64,000 nucleotides of DNA from Octopus sinensis (lineage: Eukaryota). The notes under the pieces are model-generated. The model was not told where the DNA came from. It worked only from the letters and a program-made list of their open reading frames with translations, and searched no databases. The stretch's first letter is position 1, and the number at the start of each line of letters is the position of its first letter. Positions 36,870 to 49,769 of the stretch are shown here, piece by piece. Both the position numbers and the translations under genes were made by a program. Location: the NCBI RefSeq assembly GCF_006345805.1, contig NC_043004.1, forward strand, positions 89,714,001 through 89,778,000, written 5' to 3'.

Positions 36870-36882
36870 ATCATATATATAT

Positions 36883-37069
36883 GTGACCTCGTGTGTACCG
36901 TTGGTGATTTTTTTCCCTCTGTCTTCCCTTCTCCCATGTTTCCGACGAAGAGCTCCGCTCGAAACGTTAAACCCTCCTTCTTTCCTTCTTTCTTGAGCGC
37001 CAATAATACTATATTTGTTCCACGTCTTTGTGTTGTTGTGTTTTTTTGTGCTTTCTTGTTTGGATTAAC
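36883..37069 (+). mobile_element. Family H1 element
   Basis: Same boundaries as 13664. HHR-like motif at 36938-36972. Confidence 0.8.
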
Positions 37070-37126
37070 TTTATATATATATATATATTTATATACACAT
37101 ATATATATAGATATACATAAATAGAA

Positions 37127-37157
<31 letters not shown>

Positions 37158-37254
37158 TAGATAGATAGATAGATATACTGGTAATTAATAAAGTATTTCT
37201 CCAAACGTTTACCTGCTTGAGGCTCTGTTTATATATGAAAAAGAATTAAAGGTA

Positions 37255-37412
37255 ATGCTAATGCTACTTAGTAACAATAACAATAATAACAATGATAATA
37301 ATAATAATAATAATAATGATTATTATTATTATTATATTATTATTATTAATATTATTATTATTATTATCATTATTATTATTGTTGTTATCATCATCATCAT
37401 TATTATTATTAT
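37255..37412. repeat. (AAT)n followed by (ATT)n microsatellite; tail/target of the Dong element
   Basis: Read directly. Confidence 0.9.
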
Positions 37413-37429
37413 ATACAACAGATTAGGCA

Positions 37430-39045
37430 ATTGGAAAAAAAATATTCCCAGCATCGGGCTACAACAAATAACCTTAGATGCTACGACCCCTCCTACGTAT
37501 CCTAGCTGCCCCTTATAACACTCTTTTCTGGAGCAGTACTAAACTGGGTTTTATCCCTGTTTCCTCTATCTATCTGTTCAAATCTTTAGGGATAGTTCTC
37601 AGTGCACTTACAAATACTGGGATACATTTTACCCAGACCTTCCATAGTCTTTGTAATTCAATGGCCATTTTTTCTATACCTCTCATATTGATTTTTTCAT
37701 CATTTGGGACAGAAAAGTCAATTATGTGGCACTTTCTATTCTCTTTACCTACTACTACTAAATCAGGCCTTCTAGCTTTTATTACTCTGTCCGTCTGAAT
37801 TTTAAAGTCCCACAACATCTTATATTTCTTACTTTCTAGTACTTTACTAGGTTCATGTTCATACCATTTATCACTATGTTCAAATCTTAGTATCTACGTA
37901 AATCCCAGTGGATTACTCTCCCTAAGTTGTCATATCTTTTCTTGTATTCTCTCTGTGCCAGCATGCTACATTCAGTTACTATATGAGTAACGCTTTCCTC
38001 TTTTGATTTGCATAGCCTACATTGGGAATCTACTTGGGTTTTATCCAATTAGTCTTTAATCCTTGATCTTGTGCTGCTTCTAACAAACTTTTTGTTTCTC
38101 TTTTCAGCTTTCCTTTCTGCAACCATAACCATGTCTCTCTACTACTATTTGTTACAAATATCTTTGGGTATCTACCATGCCTTCTCCTGCCAGTCAGATA
38201 ACTTTTGTTCTTTTTTATGATTATTTACTTCGTTTGGTTTTTTAGGTTTCCAATGTCTTGTTGTAACTCTAGCAGCTGTTAATAAACTTTCTTCACTATT
38301 ACTTACAGAGGAGTCTATATCTGCTCTAGCTAACTCCACACAGTCTTCTACTGATATTAAACCTCTTCCACCTCCCTTTCTAGATAAATATAGTCTTGCT
38401 ACTCCTGTCCTTGAATGGAGCCCTCCATTCATAAGGAATTCCGTTCTAGTTTTTCTGTCTATCTTTGCTAATTCAGTTTTTGTCCAATCTATAAAAGCTG
38501 CTGAGTATCTAAGTAATAATAATGTCCAAGTATTTTCAGCCTTCACTACATTCGGACCATTTAGCTTTGACTTACCTTTCTGATGTACTTCTCAATTTTC
38601 GTTTTCATTTCTATTGTATTCTGTCAGATTCTAATACTCCTAGATATTTATAACTCTCTATTTCTTTAAACGTTTTTAATGTCTGGCCATCTGGTAATTG
38701 TATGCCTTCGCTGTTGACTACCTGTTCCCTTTTCATGACTAATATTGCACACTTTTCTATGCCAAATTCCATACCTATATCTTTGCTGAAGAGTTTTACA
38801 GTCTGTATTAAGGAATCTCCTTTTCATTCTTACTAAAAAGTTTCAAATCATCCATGTAGAGCAAATGGTTAATAATGTAGATATGGTTAGTAATGGTTAA
38901 TATGGTTAATAATGTAGAGCAAATGGTTAATTTTCCCTTACTATTTCTGAACTGGTACCCTGCCTTTGCCTTCCTAAGCTGAGGGGTATCAAACATAAGA
39001 CAAATATTAAAGGGGGTTAACAAATCTCATTGGAAAATCCTTCTC
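37430..39045 (-). mobile_element. R4/Dong-clade non-LTR retrotransposon, 5' truncated and degenerate
   Basis: INHLLYMDDLKLF, RLYLSRKGGGRGLISVED and the restriction-like endonuclease WDFKIQTDRVIKARRPDLVVV...IIDFSVP. The 3' end abuts (TAA)n, the known Dong target. Confidence 0.9.
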
Positions 39046-39088
39046 TTGATATTAACCTAATTGGATATTAACTGTGTTACCTGAGTAT

Positions 39089-39381
39089 CCGAAAGGATAA
39101 AAGGCAAAGTCGACCTCGGCGGAATTTGAACTCAAAACGTAAAGACAGACGAAATACTTATTTCTTTACTACCCACAAGGGGCTAAACACAGAGGGAACA
39201 AACAAGGACAGACAAACGGATTAAGTCAATTATATCGACTCCATTGCATAACTGGTACTTATTTAATCGACCCCGAAAGGATGAAAGGCAAAGTCGACCT
39301 CGGCGGAATTTGGACTCAGAACGTAACGGCAGACGAAATACTGCTAAGCATTTCACCCGACGTTTCTGCCAGTTCGCCGCC
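39089..39381 (-). mobile_element. Dimeric SINE family B
   Basis: Full unit 39159-39381 plus a head-less unit, joined at gaaatacttatttc (39151-39164). Confidence 0.85.
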
Positions 39382-39659
39382 TTACACCTCTATGTATTCC
39401 GACGAACGTGTTACATTTACACTAACGTACCTCCGCACTTACTTCATGACTGGAGTGAATACACTAGAAATGACACAGGTGAAAGTTCATCACATCGTGG
39501 GCCCAAACAACCCTGGAATTTCCTGGTAAAATCAATACTGCATGGTACTGTGGGAGAAGAGACGCTGTTCCGATCTCCAATCTTCAGCTGATAAAGGAAA
39601 TGTCGTACAGTGCAAGCTGTATGTAGAATAATAATTGTTTCATATTTTAGCACAAAGCA

Positions 39660-39843
39660 ATTTTAAGGGAGGAGCAAGTCGATCACATCGACTCCAGTAA
39701 ATGATTCCCACTTTATTTGTCGACTCCGAAGGATGAAAAATAATGTCCACCTCGGCGGAATTTGAATTGAAAACGTAAAGCCGGAAGAAATGCCGCTGAG
39801 CTTTTTGTCCGGGATGCTGAGGATTTTGTCACTTCGCCGCCTT
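39660..39843 (-). mobile_element. SINE family B, diverged
   Basis: Degenerate match to the consensus. Confidence 0.7.
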
Positions 39844-39917
39844 TATATGTTGAATAATTAATGTGTCTGCGTGTGTGTCTGTCGTCTGTATACATGTATG
39901 CAGACTACAGACACACA

Positions 39918-40142
39918 CGAGCTGGCAGAAACGTTAGCACGCTGGGCGAAATGCTTCTCGGTATTTCGTCTGCCGCTACGTTCTGAGGTCAAATTCTGCC
40001 GAGGTCGACTTTGCCTTTCATCCTTTCGGGGTCGATTAAATAAATACCAGTTACGTACTGGGGTCGATATAATCGACTTAATCTGTTTGTCTGTCACTGT
40101 TGTCCTCTCTGTGTTTAGCCCCGTGTGGGTAGTAAAGAAATA
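39918..40142 (+). mobile_element. SINE family B
   Basis: Matches the family consensus. Confidence 0.9.
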
Positions 40143-40833
40143 TGTATACATGTATGCAGGAAGTGATGAAAATATATTCAGAGTTGTTAATGACTCACTA
40201 ACTTTATATATATTTTTAAAGTGTATATATGTATACAAAATAGATGCAGGTGCATGCTTTCATGCGCAGTCTAGAAAGTAAAGAATTAAAAGCACAACAT
40301 CATGCTAGCATGCAGTAATGTACATCCGTGCCTTTGACTACATTTTAGTGTCTTATCTACTACAACAGATTATGTGGGGCAGTAAGCTATCTAGCTCTCT
40401 TCACAAATATACAAATAAACATGTATCGAATATTTATAAAGTAGAAAAATACCGTCAAAAACATTCTTTCAATAATTAACTCGAAGTTAATTGAATGTGC
40501 CTGAGTGTGTTAGTGTTTGTTTGATTGTGTGCGTGTGTGTGTGTGAGAGCGAGTGAGTGTGTGTGTGTGTGTGTGTCTGTGAGTGCGCGCGCAATTGTGT
40601 GAGAGAGGATGAGAAAGGAAGAGAGGAAGAAAGAAAGCGTGAGGGACATATGTGTAGCTGGCTCCTATGAGCATTTGTAAAAATACGTGTAAAAAAAAAA
40701 CATATCTCACCGGTAATATAGGTGTGGTGAGTTAAAATGTTTTATATTTTGCTATAAAATATTTTGTTACGAAATATTTTGGTCTTATATCTCAGTTCTA
40801 GTATTATACCATTATACTTTCCTATCACAAAAT

Positions 40834-40884
<51 letters not shown>

Positions 40885-40980
40885 CCACCTTCATATAATT
40901 GCGCGCGCACATACACCCTTTTTTGTCCTTAGTCTTATAACACAATGGTGAGCTAAAATAACTTCCATTATTGAGTTCAA

Positions 40981-41165
40981 AGGCGGCGAGCTGGCACAAT
41001 CTTTAGCACGCTGGGCAAAACACTTAACGGTATTTCATCCGTCCCTACGTTCTGAGTGCAAATTCCGCCGGGTTCGATTTTGTCTTTCATTCTTTTGGGG
41101 TTGATAAATTAAGTACCGGTGAAACACTGCCCACTCCCCAAAAGTGCAGGCCTTGTCCCTTTAGG
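40981..41165 (+). mobile_element. SINE family B variant
   Basis: Head ggcggcgagctggcaca with an alternative 3' tail. Confidence 0.8.
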
Positions 41166-41302
41166 AGGATTATTTAGTTTTATCAAGTTCAAGAGCCGCC
41201 GACATCGTTTTTACCTTTTATCTTTCTGGGGTGAATAAAATAAGTACTATTCGTCTACAGGAGATATTACAACCGACTATATTCTCCCCAAATATATGAC
41301 CT

Positions 41303-41431
41303 ATTTCTTTACTACCCACAAGGGGCTAAACATAGAGGGGACAAACAAAGACAGACATAGGTATTAAGTCGATTATATCGAACCCGAAAGGATGAAAGGC
41401 AAAGTCGACCTCGGCGGAATTTGAACTCAGA
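41303..41431 (-). mobile_element. SINE family B, 5' truncated
   Basis: Flanked by the direct repeat ccccaaatatatgacc. Confidence 0.85.
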
Positions 41432-41744
41432 ACCCCAAATATATGACCATGAGCATCTGTTAGTAATCACTGTTGTTTTATTGAGAAGAGAGTGCTAAAT
41501 CGTTATGTTTATGTTCAAAGTTCAAATCTCGATAAAGTACCAGTTGAGTACACGGTCCATTTAAACGATTATAACATATACCAAATCAACTGCTGATATA
41601 GATATATAAATAAAATTACCATACACTCGCGCATTAAAAGATGTACGCTCATTTCATGTTCGCATCTTTCTGCATACATGCGCGCGCGCACACACACGCA
41701 TACCATATATATATATATATTATATATATATATATATATATAAT

Positions 41745-41815
<71 letters not shown>

Positions 41816-41816
41816 G

Positions 41817-41852
<36 letters not shown>

Positions 41853-42168
41853 GCGAAGGCACATAGCTCAGTGGTTAGAGCGTCGATCTTACGATCGTGA
41901 GGTCGAATCCCGGACCGGGCTGCGTGTTGTGTTCTTGAGCAAGACACTTTATTTCACATTGCTCCAGTTCACTCAGCTGTAGAAATGAGTTGTGACGTCA
42001 CAGATGCCAAGCTGTATCGGACTTTGCCTTTCCCTTGGATGACATCGGTGGCGTGAAGAGGAGAGGCCCGTATGCATGGGCGACTGCTGGTTTTCCATAA
42101 AACAACCTTGCTCGGAGGGGATGTTTCTACGTGCAATCCCATGGTCAGTCATGACGGAAGGGGGTCTC
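41853..42168 (+). mobile_element. SINE family C
   Basis: tRNA-like head tagctcagtggttagagcg and CORE-like gtgttcttgagcaagacact. Confidence 0.8.
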
Positions 42169-42169
42169 A

Positions 42170-42200
<31 letters not shown>

Positions 42201-42346
42201 TTGCACACATACACACATACACACACACGCACACGCAGACCTTCGCGCACGCATAAATCCATACTTACACACACATACCTCCTCTTGCACTCTCCTGTCT
42301 TTGAAAGAACTTTTCTTCACCCATTTCCTTCCAGTCATTCAAAAAT

Positions 42347-42541
42347 GTGACTGTGTGTGTACCGTTGGCGATTTTTTTCCTCTGTCTTCCCTTCTCTGGA
42401 TCTTTCCTTCTCCTATGTTCCCGACGAAGAGCTCCGCTCGAAACGTTAAACCCTCCTTCTTTCCTGAGCGTCCAATAATACTATATTTGTTGCACGTCCT
42501 CGCGTTGTTATGTTTTTTTGTGCTTTCATGTTTGGATTAAC
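42347..42541 (+). mobile_element. Family H1 element
   Basis: Same boundaries as 13664. HHR-like motif at 42417-42451, with one stem I mismatch. Confidence 0.8.
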
Positions 42542-43136
42542 TTAATATATATATGGTTCGGGTTCTTATATATGTGTGTGTGTGTGTGTGTTTTGGGTTC
42601 TTTTCTATGCCACATCAAAAGCATAGATGAATGTGCTTGTATTCTGATACATTCTTACCTTTGGAGCTAAGTCTTCTATTATGAATTTCAGTCCTTCTGA
42701 TTTACAATGTGAAGTGCATTCAAACACCCACCACACACGCACGCACACACGCACGCACACACGCACGCAAGCACACATACACGTACACACGTATTAAAAT
42801 TGTACTTGTTTGGATGTGTGTGTGTGTGAGGGGGGGGGGCGTACCTTAATCGAACATCATTTTGAAAGAACTCTTTGTCTAGTTTAATTGATTTTGTTCA
42901 GTAAAGCATATAGCTCACAAAAACTTATTGCAGTTGGTAGAGTACACTTGAAAGTCGTAAATAGTAACACTGTTAGGACATCGACTCATGACTATCAGCT
43001 TTACATTTCCTCTGTAATTCACTCTCCGAACCTACGACTCAACCAATAAGTTGTACCTATACCATGCTATATGTACAGTTTACATCAAATAACTTCAGCG
43101 CTAGAGTTCAATTAATGAGTTTTGTTTTATTTATTT

Positions 43137-44216
43137 ACTAGCAGTATCACCCGGTGTTGCTTGGGTTTGTTTCGACCCTTTAGAATTGGAATTTTTGAAA
43201 AGTAAATATTTTGCATTATGCAACTTGTTATTCTCTTCAAGTGAACATTTTTCCAGTTGAAATACACCGAAAAATGGTGACACAGCAGTCAAAAATCGTA
43301 AAAAATAGGGATTTTCATAGAAAAAAAGCACCTTTTTGATGTAAATAATTTTTGGTGTTAACATGGTCCGATTTGAATTCTATCTTCTACAGAATGAAGA
43401 GCAAGCCTTCTTCTATCATACTCTCAATTTTGGTCAACTTGCACTGCAGGGTCTCGAAGGGATAGTGTTAGTTGAAGGCTACCAAACCTGCCACACACAG
43501 ACAACTTCAGCTTTATATATATAGATTTGCTACACACTACTTTCCATCCTTAATAATGAAACTTGGTAGATCCAAAAGTTAAACACACAGACACACAAGT
43601 TGAGTTTCATATATATAGATTTCTCAACGGGGATTTCAGGGGAGAGTTTCAGGGAGTCGCTGCCGATGTATCGTGATGATCAAAAATCCGGCCTGCTAAA
43701 ATTTGGTTAAAGTGATTCAAACTGCAGACTCAACGCAAAATGGTCACATTTAATTCAAAGCGTTAAAAATGTTATGAAAACAATTGGTATGTGTTCACAA
43801 AGTCCAAACGATTAATACGAAAAAATCCTCCAGGCTACATCCCGAAAATTCATTTCTTTGCCGAATTTCTACAATGTTTACGGCGATTCGTTTCTTTATC
43901 TTGATTTTTTATTATCTTTCATGCAATTTACGCGTGCTTGCACGCGTGGTGAACACAGTTCACGTCAAACAGCTGACTGAGTAAAGTTCACTATTCAATG
44001 CATAGGATAAGGCCTAAACAAACACATTATCGATTTTTGCACTTACGAGATGAATTTCGGAACAGAAATAGCGCAGTTCAATTTTCATTCGCCTAAATTT
44101 TAAGTGACTCATTTTTGGTGGTTCTACGATTTGTTGGCTAGGAGGAGATGTGCCGGGAAGTTAACCACACAGACACACACACAGACACACAAGTTGAGTT
44201 TTATATATATAGATTT
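43137..44216 (-). mobile_element. Composite non-autonomous Helitron (one 3' hairpin-CTAG end, three nested 5' TC ends)
   Basis: Minus-strand 3' end cccaagcaacaccggg...CTAG at 43137-43165. 5' ends atctatatatat...(aac) at about 43526, 43621 and 44215. Confidence 0.7.
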
Positions 44217-45569
44217 CTCATGTTTTGCCAGTATACTGATTTCAACTGAACCCTGCAATTTTGGGGATTTTTAATCGCTTGCATCATTTACGATAGAAAA
44301 GAATGAAGACAACAATACAGTTATTTACTTTCCAATTACTGCAAGAAGTTTTCAAAGGGAAATGGCTTACTGGAGAGTTGCGTCTTAGAAATGGTGTTGC
44401 TGGTTTAGTTATCAGACCGAACCTATGATGAAGGGTGCGACAACTAAGTGAACGAAGAGGTACAATATAACGAAATGTCTTTAGACGTGAAATGTCACGG
44501 CTTGAGTGCTATTTGTTCAACATTTTATTCATTCGACCAAGTCTCTAAATTTATTTAGCAAAAGTTTAAAAAGTATTGATACTCGACAAAAGTCCTTCAG
44601 AACTCTTGCAAAAATCATTTAACAAATTTAGATTATTGTTCAACGAGAATAGTTTCTTCTGATACTCAGTCAATGAAACATTTGCAAAATGTCAAATGGT
44701 ATTTACATTCATAAAATAAAAGTTTATATCTTATCATTACAATATTAAATGTTAATATTGAAAAGTATAAACTTGCAAGTGTTACATTCCATCATTAAGT
44801 TTTTATGGTCTTGCTAGTGAACTGTACGCGACTTCTTACCAATTCCTAGTCTCTTTTGGTAGATTCCGTACCAACTTTACTAGGCGGTTAATGCTGTACG
44901 AATTCTGAGTTTTAATTAACTTTGAGTTGTAACCTAGTGAATAAAGTGATTGTCGTAGGAGCCAAACTATTATCCTATGATGAACATAATTAAAGGTCCT
45001 TTCATAGTTAACATTGAAGGAATACCAAATCTTTTTCTTTCTGGCGTGCACTTTTATTGTAGAAAGCAAAAGAAAAAAAAGTTGATGAAACGATCACTTA
45101 GAAATTGTTTATATTCTTAGCATTGGCATGAAAGTAAAAACTTGAATCAAGAGGGTCAAGGAATTCTTAAATAAACAAATCTAAGAACCAGAATCCAACA
45201 TGCAAATATCTAAATAAGATAAACAAGTATCAAAGAAAAGTTTCGTGTCTAGTCTGAAGACAAATATCCTATATATTACATTTTGACTAATGACAATATA
45301 GTTACGGAAGACTTGTGACTGAACAAACTCATGATCAAAATTGTCCCAACTGTTCCAATCTTAATTTTTTTTTAATATCAAGTAACAAACTAGCTTTAAA
45401 AATTGTTGAATATAATTTGAGGGTATTTGGTTGCTGTTACCAGGGCCCATATACGTAGTAGATTATTTGTCTAGGAGTAACTACAGACACTATAGACTGT
45501 TGTTGATATAAAGTTCTTGTTTTGTTAAATTCAGTCTATTCTTTCTCTAAGCGGTCAAACAAATTTATT

Positions 45570-45835
45570 GGGATGTAAACCGAATGTATAGGTCTTTATG
45601 GAATTATCATGGCAAAGACCTTCTTCCACATCTCAAAGCCGTCTTTCTAACCAGAAGACCTTGTCACTTCTGGCTTGGCGTTGTACTGTGTCTCTGTTCA
45701 TTCTCCTCCGAAAGCAAACGTGCCGCTCTGAGTGAGAGTTTCTTACCCATCCTATTCTAGATATCCACTGATATCCTCTGATATCCAGGGTTGACTGCTT
45801 TTCTTAAGTTCCCAACCCAGTACCTTTTTCGCTGT
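45570..45835 (-). mobile_element. Degenerate RTE LINE inter-domain fragment
   Basis: AKKVLGWELKKSSQPWISED, and QARSDKVFWLE in a shifted frame. Confidence 0.55.
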
Positions 45836-46084
45836 GGCTGTGAGCGCGCGCCCGCGTCTGTGTGTGTGAAAATGAGAAACAGTTTTTCTGCCAAACATAT
45901 TATATCAAAGCAATAATGCTGAAGTTTTTCTTTTATTATTAAGGATTTTTTCAAGTTTCTTTATTAATCCGTTATATTTGCTTTAGTACACCTCCATCCC
46001 TCCAATAATACATTAGGCTGATTTTTCGAGACCTTCACAATCATATTTTCGCACACACACACATGCGCACGTGTTTTTCATACA

Positions 46085-46138
<54 letters not shown>

Positions 46139-46176
46139 CACACATACACACACACGCACACATATATATATGTGTT

Positions 46177-46422
46177 CTTGTACTTGTTTCAGTCATTTTG
46201 ACTGTGGCCATGCTGGAATACTACTTTGGTATAACAAATCAACCCCAGGACTTAATCTTTGTGAGCCCGGTACTTATTCCATCGGTCTATTTTGCCGAAC
46301 CGCTAAGTTACGGGCTCGGCCCGAGGCTATAGTAGAAGATACTTGCCCAAGGTATCAAGCAGTGGAACTGAACCCGGAATCATGTGGTTGGGAAGCAAGC
46401 TTCTTACTACACAGCCACGCCT
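46177..46422 (-). mobile_element. SINE family A with internal deletion
   Basis: Matches the consensus but lacks the middle segment. Confidence 0.8.
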
Positions 46423-46439
46423 ATATATATTCTCTATAT

Positions 46440-46539
<100 letters not shown>

Positions 46540-47454
46540 CAAAGTGGACTTGTAGGGTACCGCACGAGTGGAATTATATACGAAAGAAGGTTTGAAAATG
46601 CAATTTTAAAAGATGTTTATTTACTTTACCGGTTTCACTCTTTGGAAAAAAGATTGTCAAAAGTAACATGTAAAAGTTTGGTTGTGTTAATTATTGGTTG
46701 TTACAAAATGCTACATTACATATATACAGTCTTTGGTAACAAGAACATGTTAAGGACATAAGAAAGTTTAACAAGTTCCTTAAAATATTGGGCACAAAAG
46801 ATTGCAACATAAATATACATTCTCAAGAAAATATTAAAGATAGTTTCCAGAAGGAATTATTGAAAAGTTCAGTGGAATATTTTCTTGAGAATGTATATTT
46901 ATGTTGTAATCTTTGTCCGATAGCTTGTTCTCTCTGCGCTGCTGATAATCAGGTCATACCTGATGCGTCCAAATTACGAATGTTAGGAACGCGGTTCGAG
47001 TTGATTTTTCTACCCATAACCTCCACGAGATGCACATGCATTTCGGTTTCCATGACAACTGTTTGCAACTGCCAACCACGGCGTTCAACGCAGCTGCGTT
47101 TTGGCGTCTCGTTTCAGGGAAAGTTGAAAGGTTACCTGCAATTTGGGCCTCAGCCATAAACTAACATATCTTGGGATATTTACATTTACATTCCCGAAAT
47201 AAATATTCAGAATTTACCATATAAAAATGACATTTTAAAAAATCACCTCTCTTTTGCGCTTCAGTGTATATAACCACGTAAGAACTGATGGCATTACATA
47301 AGTATAATTTGAGATTAATATAGAGGCTGGTGCTATGGTATTTCCCTCTAAGTATCAGTTGTAGGCTTATCTCTATTCATACCATAAGTCCAAAATAAGA
47401 ATACCAACCAAGGATAGGATAAAGATTAAAGACAATATTAAAATTAAATGGGAA

Positions 47455-47845
47455 GTGACATAAACTTAGATATGTTTCGACCAAAGATTGGTCCAGGCCA
47501 TGTCTAACTTAATAGCACCACCTGATAGGATTATTCGAATCCTGTTTAAGTCAAGTTTTGCTTATGGTCCATTCAAGTAGTGAGTTCTTGTTGGGTGAGT
47601 TGTATCCAATTATGGGTGGTTTATCTGGTATTCTTTGAAGGAATCTATCCAGACTCCGTTTAAAGTTGATGGGATCCTTTTCCTCTTTGATCCCTTTCGG
47701 GACAATATTAAATAGGGCAGGGCCTGTTGAGGAAAAGAAATTATGTTGCAGTGTACATGTATGCTGTGATCTTGAATTGGGCAGGGGACGTATGGCCCGA
47801 GGTCCCAGTCTTGGATGAACCTTGAAGCTAATGTTCAGGTCGTTT
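47455..47845 (-). mobile_element. CR1/L2-group LINE 3' end
   Basis: GPALFNIVPKGIKEEKDPINFKRSLDRFLQRIPDKPP...NSLLEW* followed by a 3' UTR stem-loop. A 70-bp tail-only copy lies at about 35035-35106. Confidence 0.75.
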
Positions 47846-48412
47846 AATCATATATAATCATTCATTATAAAAAAAACGAAACAAAGGAACCGAAAATATT
47901 TCTGTTAGAGACAAGAAATCACAAAAGTATTAATCCCCAGACACAACATTAAATGAAACATTCTCGTTGAAAAAATTTTCTATAATTCATCATTGCTTTA
48001 GAATCTAAAAATATGATAGATAATGACAACCAGCTTAATATTAGCAGCAATTTTAAAAGAATCGATTAAAAATATTTTATCAATCTGTAGTAAAAATTTG
48101 ATAAAAATAGTTATTCCTTGATAAAATCAAGCTGTAAAAACATTTACTGATTAAAAACGGAATAAGTAGCAAATGAAAGAATGAAAGCGTTCTAAACTTT
48201 AAGGAAATCAACCATTTGTTGTTAACATAGTTAAGCCACAAAATATTTATCAATCATATTTCCATGTTTATTTAAGTATTACCGTTTAAAAAAAATCTTG
48301 ACAAAATAAATTTGAACGATGTCCAAGTCTCATTTCGTTAAATTTGAATTCAAAACCCACCTGTTTCTACTTTCCCTTCACTCTTCAGAATAAGAATGAA
48401 CACCGGTAATAT

Positions 48413-48619
48413 TCTTTTCTACTCTAGGCACAAAGCCCGAAATTTTGGGGGAGGGGGCCAGTCAATTAGATTGACACCAATACGCAACTGGTACTTAATC
48501 TATCGACTCCGAAAGGATGAAAGGCAAAGTCAACCTCGACGGAATTTGAACTCAGAACATAAAGACAGACGAAATATCGCTAAGCATTTCGCCCGACGTT
48601 TCTGCCAGCTCGCTGCCTT
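48413..48619 (-). mobile_element. SINE family B variant with 17-bp TSD
   Basis: TSD atgaacaccggtaatat (48396-48412 / 48620-48636). Confidence 0.9.
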
Positions 48620-49091
48620 ATGAACACCGGTAATATATTGGATCAATTTAATCAACTATACTCATTATCCCACAAAATTCGACTTTCGGCTTAATCAAAG
48701 AGAAATCAACTTATATTCTGGTGTACTGTGTACATCAGGAGAAAAGATTCAGCCGAAAAGAGTTGGTGCCGCTTCGAATGTTTGGAGTCTAATGTACTTT
48801 ACTTACAGAATGAATTCTTAAACAATTTTTCATATTCCTTTAACCAACATTGAAATCATATATGGATAAAATTATTACCAAAGAATATTCTGAGATCGAT
48901 CTATCTCCCAATTTGAGAAAAATGACATTGAGCCCCTGCCCACAGTTTTTTTCGCTTCCTCTCTCTCCCCTCCCCCCCTCTCTCTCTCTCTATATATATA
49001 TATGTATGCGTGTGTATGCTGTATATATATACATACACACATATACACATACGAACACACACACGCACAATATACATACATACATTCATCC

Positions 49092-49190
<99 letters not shown>

Positions 49191-49232
49191 TAACTTAAAG
49201 ATAAAACCACTATTAAGTTTGGATTTACTCCC

Positions 49233-49279
<47 letters not shown>

Positions 49280-49540
49280 TATACATACACGGTGTGTATG
49301 ATTGTTTATAGAAGAATATATTGCTCAAAGAAATTCCAACTTTGATTTTCACATTTTATTTACAATCTTATAATAATACAATATAATATAACACAATATA
49401 AGATAATATAATTAAATGATAGAATATTAAACGTCCATTCTGATTGAGCTAGTACTTTCATGCAATCTTCAGGTTCGTGTTGTAATGGTCACAGTTATGT
49501 TTTACAATTTATAACTGTAGAGAGATGGCTAAAATATATA

Positions 49541-49769
49541 TTTCCTCACTGCCCACAAAGGGCTAAACCATAGAGGGGACAAACAAGGACAGACGAAGGG
49601 TTTGAGTCGATTATATCGCCCCAGTGCGAAACTGTTACTTTTTTTATCGACCCCGAAAGGATGAAAGGCAAAGTCAACCTCGGCGGAATTTGAACTCAGA
49701 ACGTAACGACAGACGAAATACGACTAAGCATTTCGCCCGGCGCGCGCTAACGTGTCTGCCAGCTCGACC
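49541..49769 (-). mobile_element. SINE family B
   Basis: Matches the family consensus. Confidence 0.9.

Noticed and set aside
39385-39653. Unique GC-balanced segment with short ORFs on both strands (possible exon)
   Set aside because: No recognisable domain and no convincing splice-site pair.
46788-47159. Overlapping 123-aa and 67-aa ORFs in a GC-richer patch
   Set aside because: No recognisable motif. It lies between retroelement remnants and is probably TE-derived.
47460-47510. Hammerhead-like stem-loop plus GAAAC in the repeat at 47460 and 35035
   Set aside because: It has no CUGANGA-like core and is better explained as the 3' UTR stem-loop of the adjacent CR1-like LINE.
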